DNA of 64,000 nucleotides from an uncultured Clostridia bacterium (GTDB lineage Bacteria; Bacillota; Clostridia; TANB77; CAG-508), in NCBI GenBank assembly GCA_934149005.1, contig CAKPDN010000001.1, positions 71,128 through 135,127 of the forward strand. The letters run 5' to 3'. Position numbers and translations under genes: made by a program. The notes beneath the pieces are model-generated. The model ran no database searches. It saw nothing but the letters and a program-made list of their open reading frames with translations, and was not told the origin of the DNA. Numbering within the stretch: the first letter of the stretch is position 1; the number at the start of each line of letters is the position of its first letter. This document shows positions 20,229 through 31,045 of the stretch, in pieces.

Positions 20229-21602
20229 CTATTTAAAACGTTTTCCTTTTGAATGTCTTTTCTTTTTAGGTTCTGCATCATAATCTTCATTTTCTGCATA
20301 ATTATTTTCTTCTTTTTCGCCTTGTTCATAATTATCTATAACATTTTCATATGGTATATACCCACTATTATCTGAGCTTTTTGCTTTTCTAATTTTAATT
20401 ATAATTAAAGCTATAATAACTATAAATACTGTTCCCACAGCTATTGATATTATAATAATATTTTGTTTATTTATACTGTTTCTTGCTCCTTCTTTTATAT
20501 CTAATGCTTTGTTCACTATCACTTGATATGTTGCCGTTTTTTCTTCGTTTTCGCCTTTTACTATAATTGTAATTATATTTTCGCCTTCTTTTAGTTCCTC
20601 ATTTCCGACGATTTCTATGTTTGAATTATTTTCAGTTGCTAATGCTGTTATATTTAATTTTTGTATATCTTCTTTTAGGTTTACTTTATATTCATATATA
20701 TCTGTTTGAAATTGTGGTTCTAGTTCTATTCCTTCAATCTTCAATTCTGATAATCCAAAGGTTTCTTTCATTGGATCTTCTGAAGTTTCTTCTGGAGTCT
20801 CTTCTACAGGTTTTTCTGATTGTTGTTCTTCAGTTTTCTCTGGTGTTTGTTCATCTTTTTGTTTTCTTGTAACACTTATTGTATATTTTTGAGTATTTCC
20901 TGCTTCTGCTGTTACAATAATATCAATTTCGTTTTTTCCTTCTGCTATATAAACCCAAGATTTTCCTTTATCTGAATTAGTTTTATTTAATAAAGATACT
21001 GTTGCCTTTGAATCTTCTTTAGTTACATTTACATTGATTTTATCTACATTATTATCTACTGTAACTTCATATCCTGAATTTTTGCTAGCTTTAAATCCCG
21101 AAAAATCTACTGGTGATGTTGTAATCATTTTTACATTAGCATTACTTGATTTTGATGAAGTGGTTGGATTATTATTATTTCCAGTATTGTTTCCAGTATT
21201 TGGATTTGAATTAGAATTATTTGTTCCAGTATTTGACCCTCCATTAACTTTAACAGTTATAGATTGAGACCCTGTTATTGGATTTTCATCAATATCACCT
21301 AATCCGCTAGAGGCTGGTGAAACTGTCACTTTTATATCTTCTGAAGATGTTGATGTTACTGTTACATTTTGTGTATCGTTTTGCAAAAATACTGATGCTA
21401 CATTTACTTTTGCATTTGTTGCAGTAATATTAACTTTTCCATATGCATTATTGCCTTTTATACTTACAGTTACGCTTTCTCCTTTATTAATAGTTGTTTT
21501 TGATGAACTTACACTAAAGCTCCCTGCTGCATAAGTTTTATTTGCTAATATCAATAATATTAGTATAAAAAGAATTCCTAATTTTTTTATTATTTTTTTC
21601 AT
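20229..21602 (-). CDS. cell-surface protein with two cadherin-like beta-sandwich domains and C-terminal TM anchor
   Basis: Signal peptide, Asn/Thr/Gly-rich linker, two domains with the L..L.v.g..L.P.F....Y.v pattern, C-terminal hydrophobic helix plus KKKRHSKGKRFK tail. Confidence 0.5.
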   Translation of the reverse strand: MKKIIKKLGILFILILLILANKTYAAGSFSVSSSKTTINKGESVTVSIKGNNAYGKVNITATNAKVNVASVFLQNDTQNVTVTSTSSEDIKVTVSPASSGLGDIDENPITGSQSITVKVNGGSNTGTNNSNSNPNTGNNTGNNNNPTTSSKSSNANVKMITTSPVDFSGFKASKNSGYEVTVDNNVDKINVNVTKEDSKATVSLLNKTNSDKGKSWVYIAEGKNEIDIIVTAEAGNTQKYTISVTRKQKDEQTPEKTEEQQSEKPVEETPEETSEDPMKETFGLSELKIEGIELEPQFQTDIYEYKVNLKEDIQKLNITALATENNSNIEIVGNEELKEGENIITIIVKGENEEKTATYQVIVNKALDIKEGARNSINKQNIIIISIAVGTVFIVIIALIIIKIRKAKSSDNSGYIPYENVIDNYEQGEKEENNYAENEDYDAEPKKKRHSKGKRFK

Positions 21603-21618
21603 TTTCTCACCTTTTATT

Positions 21619-23319
21619 TTATATTTCTATATTTTTACTTCCCATAATATAATTCATTATTCTTATATAATCAAACGAATTAACTGTTCCATCATTATTG
21701 GCATCAGCAGCTAATTTTTCTGCATCGTTTAATGTTTTCTTTCCCATAATATAGTTCATTATTCTTATATAATCAAATGAATTAACTGTTCCGTCTGCAT
21801 TTGCATCACCTTTTTTTACAACTTTATATTTATCTTCAACTATATAACCTGTTGCTAGTGATTCATTTTCTCCACTAAGATAATTTCCATCTGCTCTAGT
21901 TATTTTTGTAGGTCCTCCAAATGCATCTAATATATCTTGTGCAATTGCATTTGGTGTTACTGTTATAATATTACTATTCTTATCTATTTTTACTTTATTT
22001 GTGTTTGATGTTTCATTATTGTTTTCATTTACTGGCACTAGGTATAGCTTATAGATGCCTTCGTTTTCATAAGTTTCTCTAGCTGCATATCCTATTGTTC
22101 CATCTGATTTTTGAACTTTATCCCAATATGTACCATTAACTTTAGAAGTTGCTTTTTCTATTCTTGTTACAATTTCATTCTTATATAACCATCCAACAGT
22201 TGTACTACCATTTGGATTGTTTCTTATTCTTAGTGATTCATCAACATTTATTTTTACTAAGTCGCTTTCTACTGTACTTGTTCCATTTGTATTTGGTCTA
22301 TTACAAGCCTCTTTGGGCATATTTTCATATACTGGTATTATAAATGTGTGTGATGATGACATAGAATTCATGTTTATATATGTATTTCTTAGGGTTGTTC
22401 CTTCGTTTTGAGCTGCTAATATGTTTTGCATATATTGATTTGAATATAGTCCATTTGTTGCTTCAACATCAAATTTCTGTAAATATAATGTATTTTGTCC
22501 TTTTTGAATATATTGTTTTGCTAAAAAACTTATTCCTCCATCTATTGATTTTTCTAAGCTTGTCCATCCTTTCTTTTTAGCATAAGCTAATGCATTTGTT
22601 AAAATTTCTGGCGTTGTATTTCCTGATGCTGCTATATTAAAAGCATTGTAATATCCTACACCTTGTCCATTATATCCTTTTCCTGATGTTAAAACAGTTC
22701 CTGTTTTTCCCTGTTCTTGAATAAGTCTTGCGACTATATAATAAGCATTTACATTATTATGATTTGCTGCTTCAACTATTCCTTGTTCATGTCCTGAAAG
22801 AAATGTTCCGTTTGTCATTGATTTTAAAATATTTATGTCACATCCTGCATTTGTTAATTCTTCAAATTGAAAAATATCTGATGCATTTATTGAATTTCTT
22901 GGATCCATCATATATTTTATAGCTTTTTCTGAGGTACATCTCCAATATCCATTGTCATATTTTTTATCACCACATATAGCACAAATCCATTCTCCTTGAT
23001 AATTTGATGTTTTATATACTAAATTTTTGGGTGAACTTCCATGTCCTGAGTATTCATTTGCTATTACTTCGTTCCAATCTAGTCCGGTGTATAATATCTT
23101 AAATTTCCAATTGGGGTATTTACTTTTTAATAGTTTTATTCTGTCTTTTATTCCTGGATATTTTGAGTCATTAATTTGTTCTATATCTGTGCTAAAACTT
23201 TGTGTTACTGCATATGTTTTATTTCTTATTATTATTGATATTAAAATATTTACTATTATTGTTAGAATTAAAATTGATGATATAATTTTCTTCGTTTTTT
23301 GCATCTGTTTTTCCTCCAA
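21619..23319 (-). CDS. peptidoglycan hydrolase (GH73 glucosaminidase-like) with SH3b domain and C-terminal type-I dockerin
   Basis: Central glucosaminidase-like region, SH3b-like segment (VNGTYWDKVQKSDGTIGYA), and two dockerin repeats GDANADGTVNSFDYIRIMNYIMG / ADANNDGTVNSFDYIRIMNYIMG. Confidence 0.6.
   Translation of the reverse strand: MEEKQMQKTKKIISSILILTIIVNILISIIIRNKTYAVTQSFSTDIEQINDSKYPGIKDRIKLLKSKYPNWKFKILYTGLDWNEVIANEYSGHGSSPKNLVYKTSNYQGEWICAICGDKKYDNGYWRCTSEKAIKYMMDPRNSINASDIFQFEELTNAGCDINILKSMTNGTFLSGHEQGIVEAANHNNVNAYYIVARLIQEQGKTGTVLTSGKGYNGQGVGYYNAFNIAASGNTTPEILTNALAYAKKKGWTSLEKSIDGGISFLAKQYIQKGQNTLYLQKFDVEATNGLYSNQYMQNILAAQNEGTTLRNTYINMNSMSSSHTFIIPVYENMPKEACNRPNTNGTSTVESDLVKINVDESLRIRNNPNGSTTVGWLYKNEIVTRIEKATSKVNGTYWDKVQKSDGTIGYAARETYENEGIYKLYLVPVNENNNETSNTNKVKIDKNSNIITVTPNAIAQDILDAFGGPTKITRADGNYLSGENESLATGYIVEDKYKVVKKGDANADGTVNSFDYIRIMNYIMGKKTLNDAEKLAADANNDGTVNSFDYIRIMNYIMGSKNIEI
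21641..21802. repeat. tandem ~60-bp near-identical DNA repeats encoding the two dockerin Ca-binding segments (period 102 bp)
   Basis: cccataatata(a/g)ttcattattcttatataatcaaa(c/t)gaattaactgttcc occurs at 21641 and 21743. Confidence 0.7.
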
Positions 23320-23516
23320 TTCTTTTGTTTTTTATCTTTTTTGTTAATTTTTCCAATTTATCGACATTATTATATCATTACGTATTTTTTTAGTCAATAA
23401 ATTATCTAAATGTAATATAATTGTAAAATAAAGTCAAAGTTTTGCTTATGTTTTATTAAAAATTCTATGCAAAAGAACAATAGTGGGCTGATTTTTGAAG
23501 AACTTTCATATAATAT

Positions 23517-23541
23517 AAAAAGAACTCCTCGCAGAGTTCTT
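23517..23541 (-). terminator. intrinsic terminator after the SPFH gene
   Basis: AAGAACTC-ctcgca-GAGTTCTT hairpin followed by T-run on the minus strand. Confidence 0.6.
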
Positions 23542-23544
23542 TTA

Positions 23545-24909
23545 TTAATTATTTGGTGGAATTGGTGGCATAAATAACTTTTTAATTTTTTCAATATTTT
23601 CGGCTTTTGTCCATTCCTCCATTCCTTCTTTCCATAACAAACTTGAAGAAGTTATTTGTTTATTTAAAATCATTTGTTTAAGTGTTTTTAAATCATATGG
23701 TCCTGTTGCTTTTTCATCTATAGCTAGATAATATGTTTCTACAGGAATCTCTGGAGGTGTAGCTATATTTTGAGAAGGTTGATTAATTCCTCCCATAATA
23801 TTATTCATAGAACTTGCTATATTTTGTCCAACGGTTCCTCCAACAGCCATACTAGCCATCATTGCTGCCATGTTAATTCCATCATTATTTCCACTTGAAA
23901 AATTTATGTTTCCTGCACCATTGGCTCCCATTTTTTCTAAAGCATTTGCTCCAGCAATGCCAACTTCTGCTTGTTTTTCGACTTGGAATGCCCCCATATT
24001 ATCTGATTGTGTCTTTTTATGTATAGAATATTGATTTTCTTCACGTTGGATTCGCAAAGTTTCCTCTTTATTTTCCATTTCTATACGTTGATTTTCCTCA
24101 ATGTTTTTAAGTTTAGCTTCTGCTTCCGCTTTTGCTATAAAACCAGAAGTATCCTTAGTTATACTCATCAATTGTTTATATCCTTCACTTGTTTTGTCAA
24201 TTTCTATTGTGGATAAATCTACTCCTGATACATCTACGCCAAAATTTTCTTTCAATCTATCTTTTAAATATATTTCTATCTCATCATTTATTTGAGAAAT
24301 CTTTGTTTCAATCTGAACTAATGGCATATTATTAGCTGCTGGGACGTTTGTAACTATATCTTTTACATATCTTGTTATTGCATCACAAATTTGTGTTTTA
24401 AAATCATCAAGATTAAATGTGTTAAGTCTATGTAATTTTATAAATTCACGATAATCTGTAATTTTGAAACTAATTGTTCCTCTTACTGCTACAGGAACGC
24501 CAAAATCTTCATATCTTGGGTCATATACATCAAAAAAAGGAACTGCAAATTTTGTTTGAATAATTTGAGCAAGATTTATAAAATATACTTCTGCTTGAAA
24601 AGGTGTTCCTCCTTCATAAGATAATCCTACAATACTTGCAAGTATTGGAAGATTTTTAGTATGAATAATTTGATCAAATGGTCCAACTATAAAATCTTGC
24701 ATTATGCCATTTGGTTGTTTGTATACAAATACTGCAACTTCTCCATCTTTTACTCTTAATGATGAGCCCCAACGTATAGCATTTTCTCTATTATTTTCTC
24801 CAAGTGGAGATGCTGAAGGGTGCCATTTCCAAATTAAATATGATGGTTCATCACAACGAATTTCATCCATAAATCCTCCTGTTCTATTTTTCTTATTAAA
24901 AATCCACAT
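23545..24909 (-). CDS. SPFH/Band-7 domain protein with C-terminal DUF4339 (GYF-like) domain
   Basis: Band-7 core, coiled-coil, and terminal YYLAIDEKATGPYDLKTLKQMI...LWKEGMEEW typical of DUF4339. Confidence 0.55.
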   Translation of the reverse strand: MWIFNKKNRTGGFMDEIRCDEPSYLIWKWHPSASPLGENNRENAIRWGSSLRVKDGEVAVFVYKQPNGIMQDFIVGPFDQIIHTKNLPILASIVGLSYEGGTPFQAEVYFINLAQIIQTKFAVPFFDVYDPRYEDFGVPVAVRGTISFKITDYREFIKLHRLNTFNLDDFKTQICDAITRYVKDIVTNVPAANNMPLVQIETKISQINDEIEIYLKDRLKENFGVDVSGVDLSTIEIDKTSEGYKQLMSITKDTSGFIAKAEAEAKLKNIEENQRIEMENKEETLRIQREENQYSIHKKTQSDNMGAFQVEKQAEVGIAGANALEKMGANGAGNINFSSGNNDGINMAAMMASMAVGGTVGQNIASSMNNIMGGINQPSQNIATPPEIPVETYYLAIDEKATGPYDLKTLKQMILNKQITSSSLLWKEGMEEWTKAENIEKIKKLFMPPIPPNN

Positions 24910-24932
24910 AATATTTATACCTCCCTTTTATT

Positions 24933-25757
24933 TTATTTTTTGGTAATTTTTCTTTTATAAAAAATAAAAACTATTATTAATAATATAGAGATTCCTATTG
25001 CAATTCCTATTGTAGCAATTGGATTGTATAGTAATCCTAATAAAAATGCATATCCTACAAAAATGGAAACAACTGCTAAAAATCCTTTTATTTTTTTATG
25101 TTTTATTTGTTTTTTCTTAGTATCATATATTTTTTTAATTTCAACAAAATCTGGATTATTTTTCATTGTTATCTCTGCTCTTTGATATACTTGTTCAAGT
25201 TTTGAAATCCATGCCTCTGAGACAATATCATCAATTTCTTTTTTTGTATCTATATTAGATGCTGCTAAAATCATAAATTCTAAAATATCTTCTTTTGTAT
25301 TAGGAACGGAAAAATTAATAATCAAATTTGCTTTTTCTTTTGCTTTTTGTTCTTCAAAATCTTCTCTCGCTTCATCTTCTTTGTCCTTTTCGTTTAAATC
25401 TTTTCCAAAAATTTGCTTCATTACTGACTCATTTTCTTCAATTTCTGGCATTTCCTTAGCTTCTATCTGTTCGAGTTTTATAATAAATTCTCTTATAGAA
25501 TTAGAAGAATGCGTATTTCTAAATTCATATCCGCATGATGGACAATTGCTTACAAAAGATTTTAACATTTCTCCGCAATTAGGACATTTATGCAAATTTC
25601 CTTCATATATAACATTTCGCTTTGAAAGATTTTCTTGATTAGTCCTTTTACCACAATTTTTACAAAATTTAGCATCTATATCTAATTTTGTTCCACAATA
25701 TGAGCAAAATATATTCTTATCTGTTTCTTGTATTAATATTTTTTCATCATTTTTCAA
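24933..25757 (-). CDS. zinc-ribbon domain membrane protein
   Basis: Three CxxC pairs (CSYCGTK..CKNCG, CPNCG..CPSCG), acidic linker, C-terminal two-TM anchor. 23-bp gap to the SPFH gene. Confidence 0.5.
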   Translation of the reverse strand: MKNDEKILIQETDKNIFCSYCGTKLDIDAKFCKNCGKRTNQENLSKRNVIYEGNLHKCPNCGEMLKSFVSNCPSCGYEFRNTHSSNSIREFIIKLEQIEAKEMPEIEENESVMKQIFGKDLNEKDKEDEAREDFEEQKAKEKANLIINFSVPNTKEDILEFMILAASNIDTKKEIDDIVSEAWISKLEQVYQRAEITMKNNPDFVEIKKIYDTKKKQIKHKKIKGFLAVVSIFVGYAFLLGLLYNPIATIGIAIGISILLIIVFIFYKRKITKK

Positions 25758-25794
25758 TTTAATTTTCCCCCTTATTATATATTACACTTATATA

Positions 25795-26073
25795 TTAATT
25801 TTCTTGAATTTTTTCAAATCCGCAAATATCTCCTATATCACAATCTAAATATTCGCAAATACGCATCAGTATAGATAATGCTACTTCTTCATTTTTTCTA
25901 ATTTTTGTCATTGTTCCAGTAGCAATATTTAAGTCTTTTCTTAATCGGACAGGAGAAATCTCTTTTTGTATTAGTAATATCCATAGTTTTTTATAGCTTA
26001 TTCTCATATTACGGTACCTCCGAAAATTTATACTTTCTAATAATAGAATACCATCTTTTTCATTATTAGTCAA
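25795..26073 (-). CDS. XRE-family HTH transcriptional regulator (likely start at internal Met, ~70 aa)
   Basis: ISPVRLRKDLNIATGTMTKIRKNEEVALSILMRICEYLDCDIGDI matches the HTH_XRE pattern. Confidence 0.6.
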   Translation of the reverse strand: MTNNEKDGILLLESINFRRYRNMRISYKKLWILLIQKEISPVRLRKDLNIATGTMTKIRKNEEVALSILMRICEYLDCDIGDICGFEKIQEN

Positions 26074-26210
26074 CAGATATTAGCAAATATATGATTTTTT
26101 TCGCAACATCATGTGATTTTTATTGTTGTTTGAATATAAAAAGCAAACAATATATTTATTGTTTTTATATTTTTAGGCTTATATTCAATCATGTTACTTA
26201 TTAAATTTGA

Positions 26211-26242
26211 AACAGAAAAGGAATTATTAACAATAATTCCTT
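26211..26242 (-). terminator. intrinsic terminator
   Basis: 13-bp perfect palindrome AAAAGGAATTATT-aac-AATAATTCCTTTT followed by T-rich run on the minus strand. Confidence 0.6.
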
Positions 26243-26319
26243 TTCTTAAAAAAATACCTTGAGTTTAAGCAATTCTCTTAATGTTCTTTTTTCTCTGCCA
26301 TAAAAAGGTTGACTTATTT

Positions 26320-26547
26320 TTATGACTCTCTAAATGCTGCTAATATGCTACTTAACATTGAATGATAATCAGATTCATCATCATTTGTTTGACCACATCT
26401 GCTAATTATTTGCACATCAAACATTCCTCTTAAAAATGCAATTTTTTCTTTTACACTTACATTTCCAAGAAATTTGACAATTGCTAAATCTGCTTCTTCA
26501 GTATTTCTTGATAACATAATAAGTGCTTGAACTCTTTCTCTTTCCAT
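26320..26547 (-). CDS. hypothetical protein (75 aa) in a higher-GC segment
   Basis: Strong RBS AAGGAGG. Local GC about 40% versus ~26% in flanks. Confidence 0.35.
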   Translation of the reverse strand: MERERVQALIMLSRNTEEADLAIVKFLGNVSVKEKIAFLRGMFDVQIISRCGQTNDDESDYHSMLSSILAAFRES

Positions 26548-26696
26548 TTTTTACCTCCTTAACTAATTAGTTCGCGAGTTACTTTTGTACAGATGTCTAT
26601 ATATTCTCTATGTGAGCTCCATAAGGAGATTATAAGAATTTAATTATGTGAATTATATCATGATTGCGTGTAAAAGTAAAGAAAAGCTCCATAGTC

Positions 26697-27386
26697 TTAT
26701 ATATCTTTACAAGCATTTATAAATGCCTCAAAAATTCTGTTATGATTTTCATCTATTTTATATAAGCTTTCAGGATGAAATCTAACACCAATATAAAATG
26801 TTTTATTTTTTGATTCAATTACATCTGGGTAGCCATCTTCACAAAAACCAACTTTATCTAAATTAGGACATTCTCTTATTGTTCTCTTATGCCTAGAATT
26901 AACTTGCATTTTATCAGTTTTAACTATCTCATAAAACTTTGAAGATTTATCTATGTTAATACTGTGAACATATTCAGCAAAAGATTTATCATGTTTTTCT
27001 GGATTAGGAATTTTATAAGTAGTTCCACCTAAAGCTCTTGCAATATTATTTTGTCCTGCACAAATACCAAGTACTGGAACATCATTGCCATAACAATATT
27101 TAGCAATAATGATTTCATAATTATCTGTTTCTAAACCACCTTGCAAAATAATGCCATCACATAATTTTAATTGAGCAATTAAATTTTCTTTTTCTTCTAT
27201 AGATAAACTATCTTTCCAATCATCTCCACAATAGTTTATATTAGCTTCTGTAGGTAGTATTCCAATAGCTACTCCACCATTATCAAATATTGCTTGTTTC
27301 ACTTCATCTCTTATAAAAGTATCTATTTTATTTGATTTATAAGTGGCATAATGTTTTGATACTACTCCTATAATAGGTTTATTCAT
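26697..27386 (-). CDS. class-I glutamine amidotransferase-like / peptidase C26 (gamma-glutamyl hydrolase family)
   Basis: GICAGQN catalytic Cys motif and GVRFHPES His motif. Confidence 0.7.
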   Translation of the reverse strand: MNKPIIGVVSKHYATYKSNKIDTFIRDEVKQAIFDNGGVAIGILPTEANINYCGDDWKDSLSIEEKENLIAQLKLCDGIILQGGLETDNYEIIIAKYCYGNDVPVLGICAGQNNIARALGGTTYKIPNPEKHDKSFAEYVHSINIDKSSKFYEIVKTDKMQVNSRHKRTIRECPNLDKVGFCEDGYPDVIESKNKTFYIGVRFHPESLYKIDENHNRIFEAFINACKDI

Positions 27387-27585
27387 ATAAATACTTCTCC
27401 TTTATTAATTATATATAATTTATATCATAAAATTGTAATTTTTCATAGTATTTTACTAAAATTTATCCAATACTTCCTTTAAATATAAATGAGCCAACTC
27501 TAAACTCATCACTTAAAGTATCTGTCAATTGTTATTGAACATTTTATCTCTTGATGTTTGATATATTTTTTAGTCTGGTCATAGA

Positions 27586-27615
27586 AAAAGAAAGCACAAC
27601 AATCTGTCGTGCTTT
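27586..27615 (-). terminator. intrinsic terminator
   Basis: GAAAGCAC...GTGCTTTC hairpin plus T-run on the minus strand. Confidence 0.6.
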
Positions 27616-27631
27616 CTTGGGGATATAAGTA

Positions 27632-28414
27632 TTATTTTTTTACTTTTGGAGCATAGATATAATAAATTGCAGTTTCTCTTACATCATGCCATAAATTGAA
27701 CATTTTAAAGGCACTGTCGAAATTCATGTCACCAAGATGCTCTTTATAAAACCGCTGATAATCTTCAAAGAGTCCTTTCCTTATTAGAATAGTCCTCCGA
27801 TCCATAGGAACCAAGACTACTCGAATGGTCGTATAATCTACGATATTCCATTTGCTTGCAGTGAGTTCTTCAGCATTATCAAATTTATTCAGAATTTTTT
27901 CAAATTCTTCCTCTGATTCTACTAATCTAAAATCTTTGATTTTATAATGTGCATCATCTTGCCTCCAACTGGAATTATATGCATTATTAAGGAATCCTAA
28001 AAGATTTAAAGCTTCTTTTTGTGTTTTGCATTCATTTTTAAGTCTTTCAATTCGTTTTCTTAACCCTCTTTGGATATAAACATCATTTTCTACTCGGCAC
28101 ACATCTTCTGCCCACAGAGGTTCATACCACTCTAAAACAGCATTCATCAAACGAATCTTTGCTTCATCTTCTTTTCCTTCTTCGCAAACAAGAAGTTGGT
28201 TGGTTCCATTTTCCAAGCTTGTCTTGAATTCTTCAAAATATTCAAGTTGGATTTTTACAGTATCGGTTCCTGTGTATTTTTTTCCATTTTTAGAAATAGA
28301 AGAATAATAAGACCTGCATTTTTTTATGTCCCGTTTATAAGCCTCTCCTATCCGTTCCAAAATTCTCTCAATACTTTCTGGTAAAAAAATCATTGTTCTT
28401 CCTTCTTTTGTCAT
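27632..28414 (-). CDS. hypothetical protein (higher-GC, likely horizontally acquired)
   Basis: 260-aa ORF, GC about 38%, no recognisable motif. Confidence 0.35.
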   Translation of the reverse strand: MTKEGRTMIFLPESIERILERIGEAYKRDIKKCRSYYSSISKNGKKYTGTDTVKIQLEYFEEFKTSLENGTNQLLVCEEGKEDEAKIRLMNAVLEWYEPLWAEDVCRVENDVYIQRGLRKRIERLKNECKTQKEALNLLGFLNNAYNSSWRQDDAHYKIKDFRLVESEEEFEKILNKFDNAEELTASKWNIVDYTTIRVVLVPMDRRTILIRKGLFEDYQRFYKEHLGDMNFDSAFKMFNLWHDVRETAIYYIYAPKVKK

Positions 28415-28597
28415 ATTTTATATATCCACCTTTCAAAGAGATTTAACATAATTATACCACATTTTTATGTTTTGGGCAAATTATTCTCAAATTGTAGCTA
28501 GCATAAATTTTTAGTAGGAAAACTTTTCCATACCAAATATTTTAACTCATAATACATTTCTTGGTTTTCGTCTGGTGCGATGATTTAATCTTTTGGT

Positions 28598-28750
28598 GCC
28601 AATGAAGTAGTTATTTACAACTTTTGGGCTCTCTTGACAACTGATACAAATATCAATCAATTTACTAAAGTATATCATAATTTCTATAAATTGCAATAAA
28701 AATACAATAAAATTTAAAAGATACAGTAAACTTAATAAATAAATGATTGA
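28598..28750. repeat. imperfect direct repeat copy A (partner at 35684-35830)
   Basis: About 70% identity over ~150 bp, including ...ctacaactttt...aatatcaatca(a/g)ttt...tatatcat... Confidence 0.4.
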
Positions 28751-28781
28751 ATAAACAATATGTTTACACAATCATTACTTT

Positions 28782-30525
28782 TTAAATATATTCAACTAGA
28801 AATTCTTTTTTATCATATTTAGGAATAATATAATCAGGAGTTCCAAAATCTACTATATTTCCTTTTTCGATAACAAAAATATTATCCATATTTTTTAATG
28901 TTGACAAACGATGTGCTATACATATAATAGTCTGATCATTAAAATATTTGTGTATATTTTGTTGAATTTTAAATTCTGTAATATTATCTAAACTACTAGT
29001 AGCCTCATCAAATATTACAATTTTTGAGTCTCTCAAAAATATTCTCGCTAATGCAATTCTTTGCCTTTGACCACCTGAGAGTTTAATACCTCTTTCTCCA
29101 ACAATCGTATTATATTTATCTTCAAGACTTTCTATAAAGTTGTGTAGTTCAGCTTTTTTGGCTGCATTATATATTTCTTCTTTTGTAGCATCAGGCTTTG
29201 CTATTTTTATATTATCATAAATAGTTGAATGAAGTAGTATTGTTTCTTGAGGTACATAGGTCAAATTATTATATAATGAATTTGCACTATATTTATATAT
29301 ATCTTTATCATCTATTAAAATACAACCACTTTCTGGATTATAAAATTTAAAAATCAAATTAACTAATGTTGTTTTTCCACTTCCGACTTACACCTATAAT
29401 TCCTATTTTCTGTTTATCTTCAACCTTTAAATTAAAATTTTCAAAAATATAATTATTATTATATCTAAATGACACATTTTTAAATTCTAACTTTCCAGTA
29501 TTTATTTGTATCTCACTTTTTTTATCTTCTCCTGCATTATTTTTTGTATATAATAATTCATAACTATTATGTAATTTAACAATAATTTCACCTATATGTA
29601 TATAAGACCATGTAAACGAAGTAGTTTGACTTTTTAAAGAAATCATAGCATTTATAAAGAATATAAAATTCCCTAATGTCATAGAGTTATTCTCAAATAG
29701 TTTAATTGAATAAATCATTAATGCAATTAATGTGAAAATATATATTACATTAGCTATTGCTCCAAAAGTAAATTCTTTAGTAGATGCTCTATTTTTATAT
29801 AAATTTGTTTCTTGTTTTTTTGATTTTAGGTTTTTAGAAAAGTTTTCTACCGCATTATATAATCTTAATGATGTAAAATTTAATATAGCATCATTTAAAA
29901 TCCCATTGTACTCTCTGTTATATTCTTCTGCTTTTTTTATAGAAGGTAAATACTTTTTTGAAAAATATATTAGTCTTGATACTATTATTCCTGCAAAAAG
30001 TATTGTTGCAACAATGAAAATATTAATATTTATTGTGTATAAAACTATCAAACTACTTATCATTGAAGTTAATAATGAAATGAATTTAGTTGTTATTTGA
30101 GTATTTAGATTCGTAACTTCATTATTTATTTCATTAATGGCTGTAGATATTTTTCCTGTATAATTATCAGTAAAAAATGAATATGTTTTCTTATTCAGAT
30201 TATTAAATAATTTTTCTGAAATATAAGGTGTTTGTTTTTTTACAATATGTATAGTTCTTGTTATATTTGAAATATAAAAAAATATTAATTCTAGAACAAT
30301 AACTACTAATAAAATAAATATAACATTATATAAATCAGCCATTTGAAAATTTTCCATACTAGGCAAATCAATTATTCCTTTTATTATATATTGCTTTACT
30401 AAATCCAATATTTGAGAAATAATCATACTTAATATCATTACAATTGTTAAACATTTTACAGGCTTATATAAAGATATCACAAATTTTTTGAAATTTTCTT
30501 TTTCCATTTTTATTTTTCCTTTCAA
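28782..30525 (-). pseudogene. ABC exporter (fused TMD-NBD, peptide/bacteriocin-exporter-like) with a +1 frameshift in the Walker A box
   Basis: TMD ORF ends GIIGVSRKWKNNIS*. The adjacent frame reads GSGKTTLVNLIFKFYNPESG, and the downstream ORF carries LSGGQRQRIALARIF and IVIFDEATSSLD. The extra nucleotide is near 29385. Confidence 0.6.
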
Positions 30526-30840
30526 GTTCGCTAAATAAAATATAACGAATTCAGTATAGCATACTTACTATATCTTTTCAACTACCGACACTATTATATT
30601 TTTTTCAAATATTCTTCTAACTCTGATAATTTTATCTTTTTAGATAAGTTTGAAATATACACATCATTTGAATAATTGAAAACTAAAAAAGTAATACTTT
30701 TAATACTCACTTTATGTGGCTCAATATATGTAAGATTAGTTTTTTCTAATTTTCTAATGCTACCATTTATAAAAGTAGGAGTAACTTTAGAAAATTCACA
30801 TATAAACTCAAGTCTTTGATTTAAAATTTCTCAAATTGTA

Positions 30841-31045
30841 GTTCTTGCTTAATTATTTTTAATTTTAACACCATCCTTTCATTTGGATGATTTTTATATT
30901 GTTTTTAGACAACAAAAAAATCAACCAGATTTATTTTCTGATTGATTTTTTTGTATCTAGCTGTTTTATTAGTTTGAACAGATACGTCATTGGTGCGGAT
31001 GAAGGGACTCGAACCCCCACGCCGTTGGCACTGGTTCCTAAGACC
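30841..31045. repeat. 203-bp direct repeat (left copy) containing the 3' 55 nt of tRNA-Leu plus its 3' flank
   Basis: About 88% identical to 45130-45334. 30991-31045 matches the tRNA-Leu 3' end through the anticodon stem, then diverges. Confidence 0.8.

Noticed and set aside
28547-28771. 74-aa minus-strand ORF
   Set aside because: It lies wholly within the non-coding repeat copy A, with no RBS and low-complexity composition.
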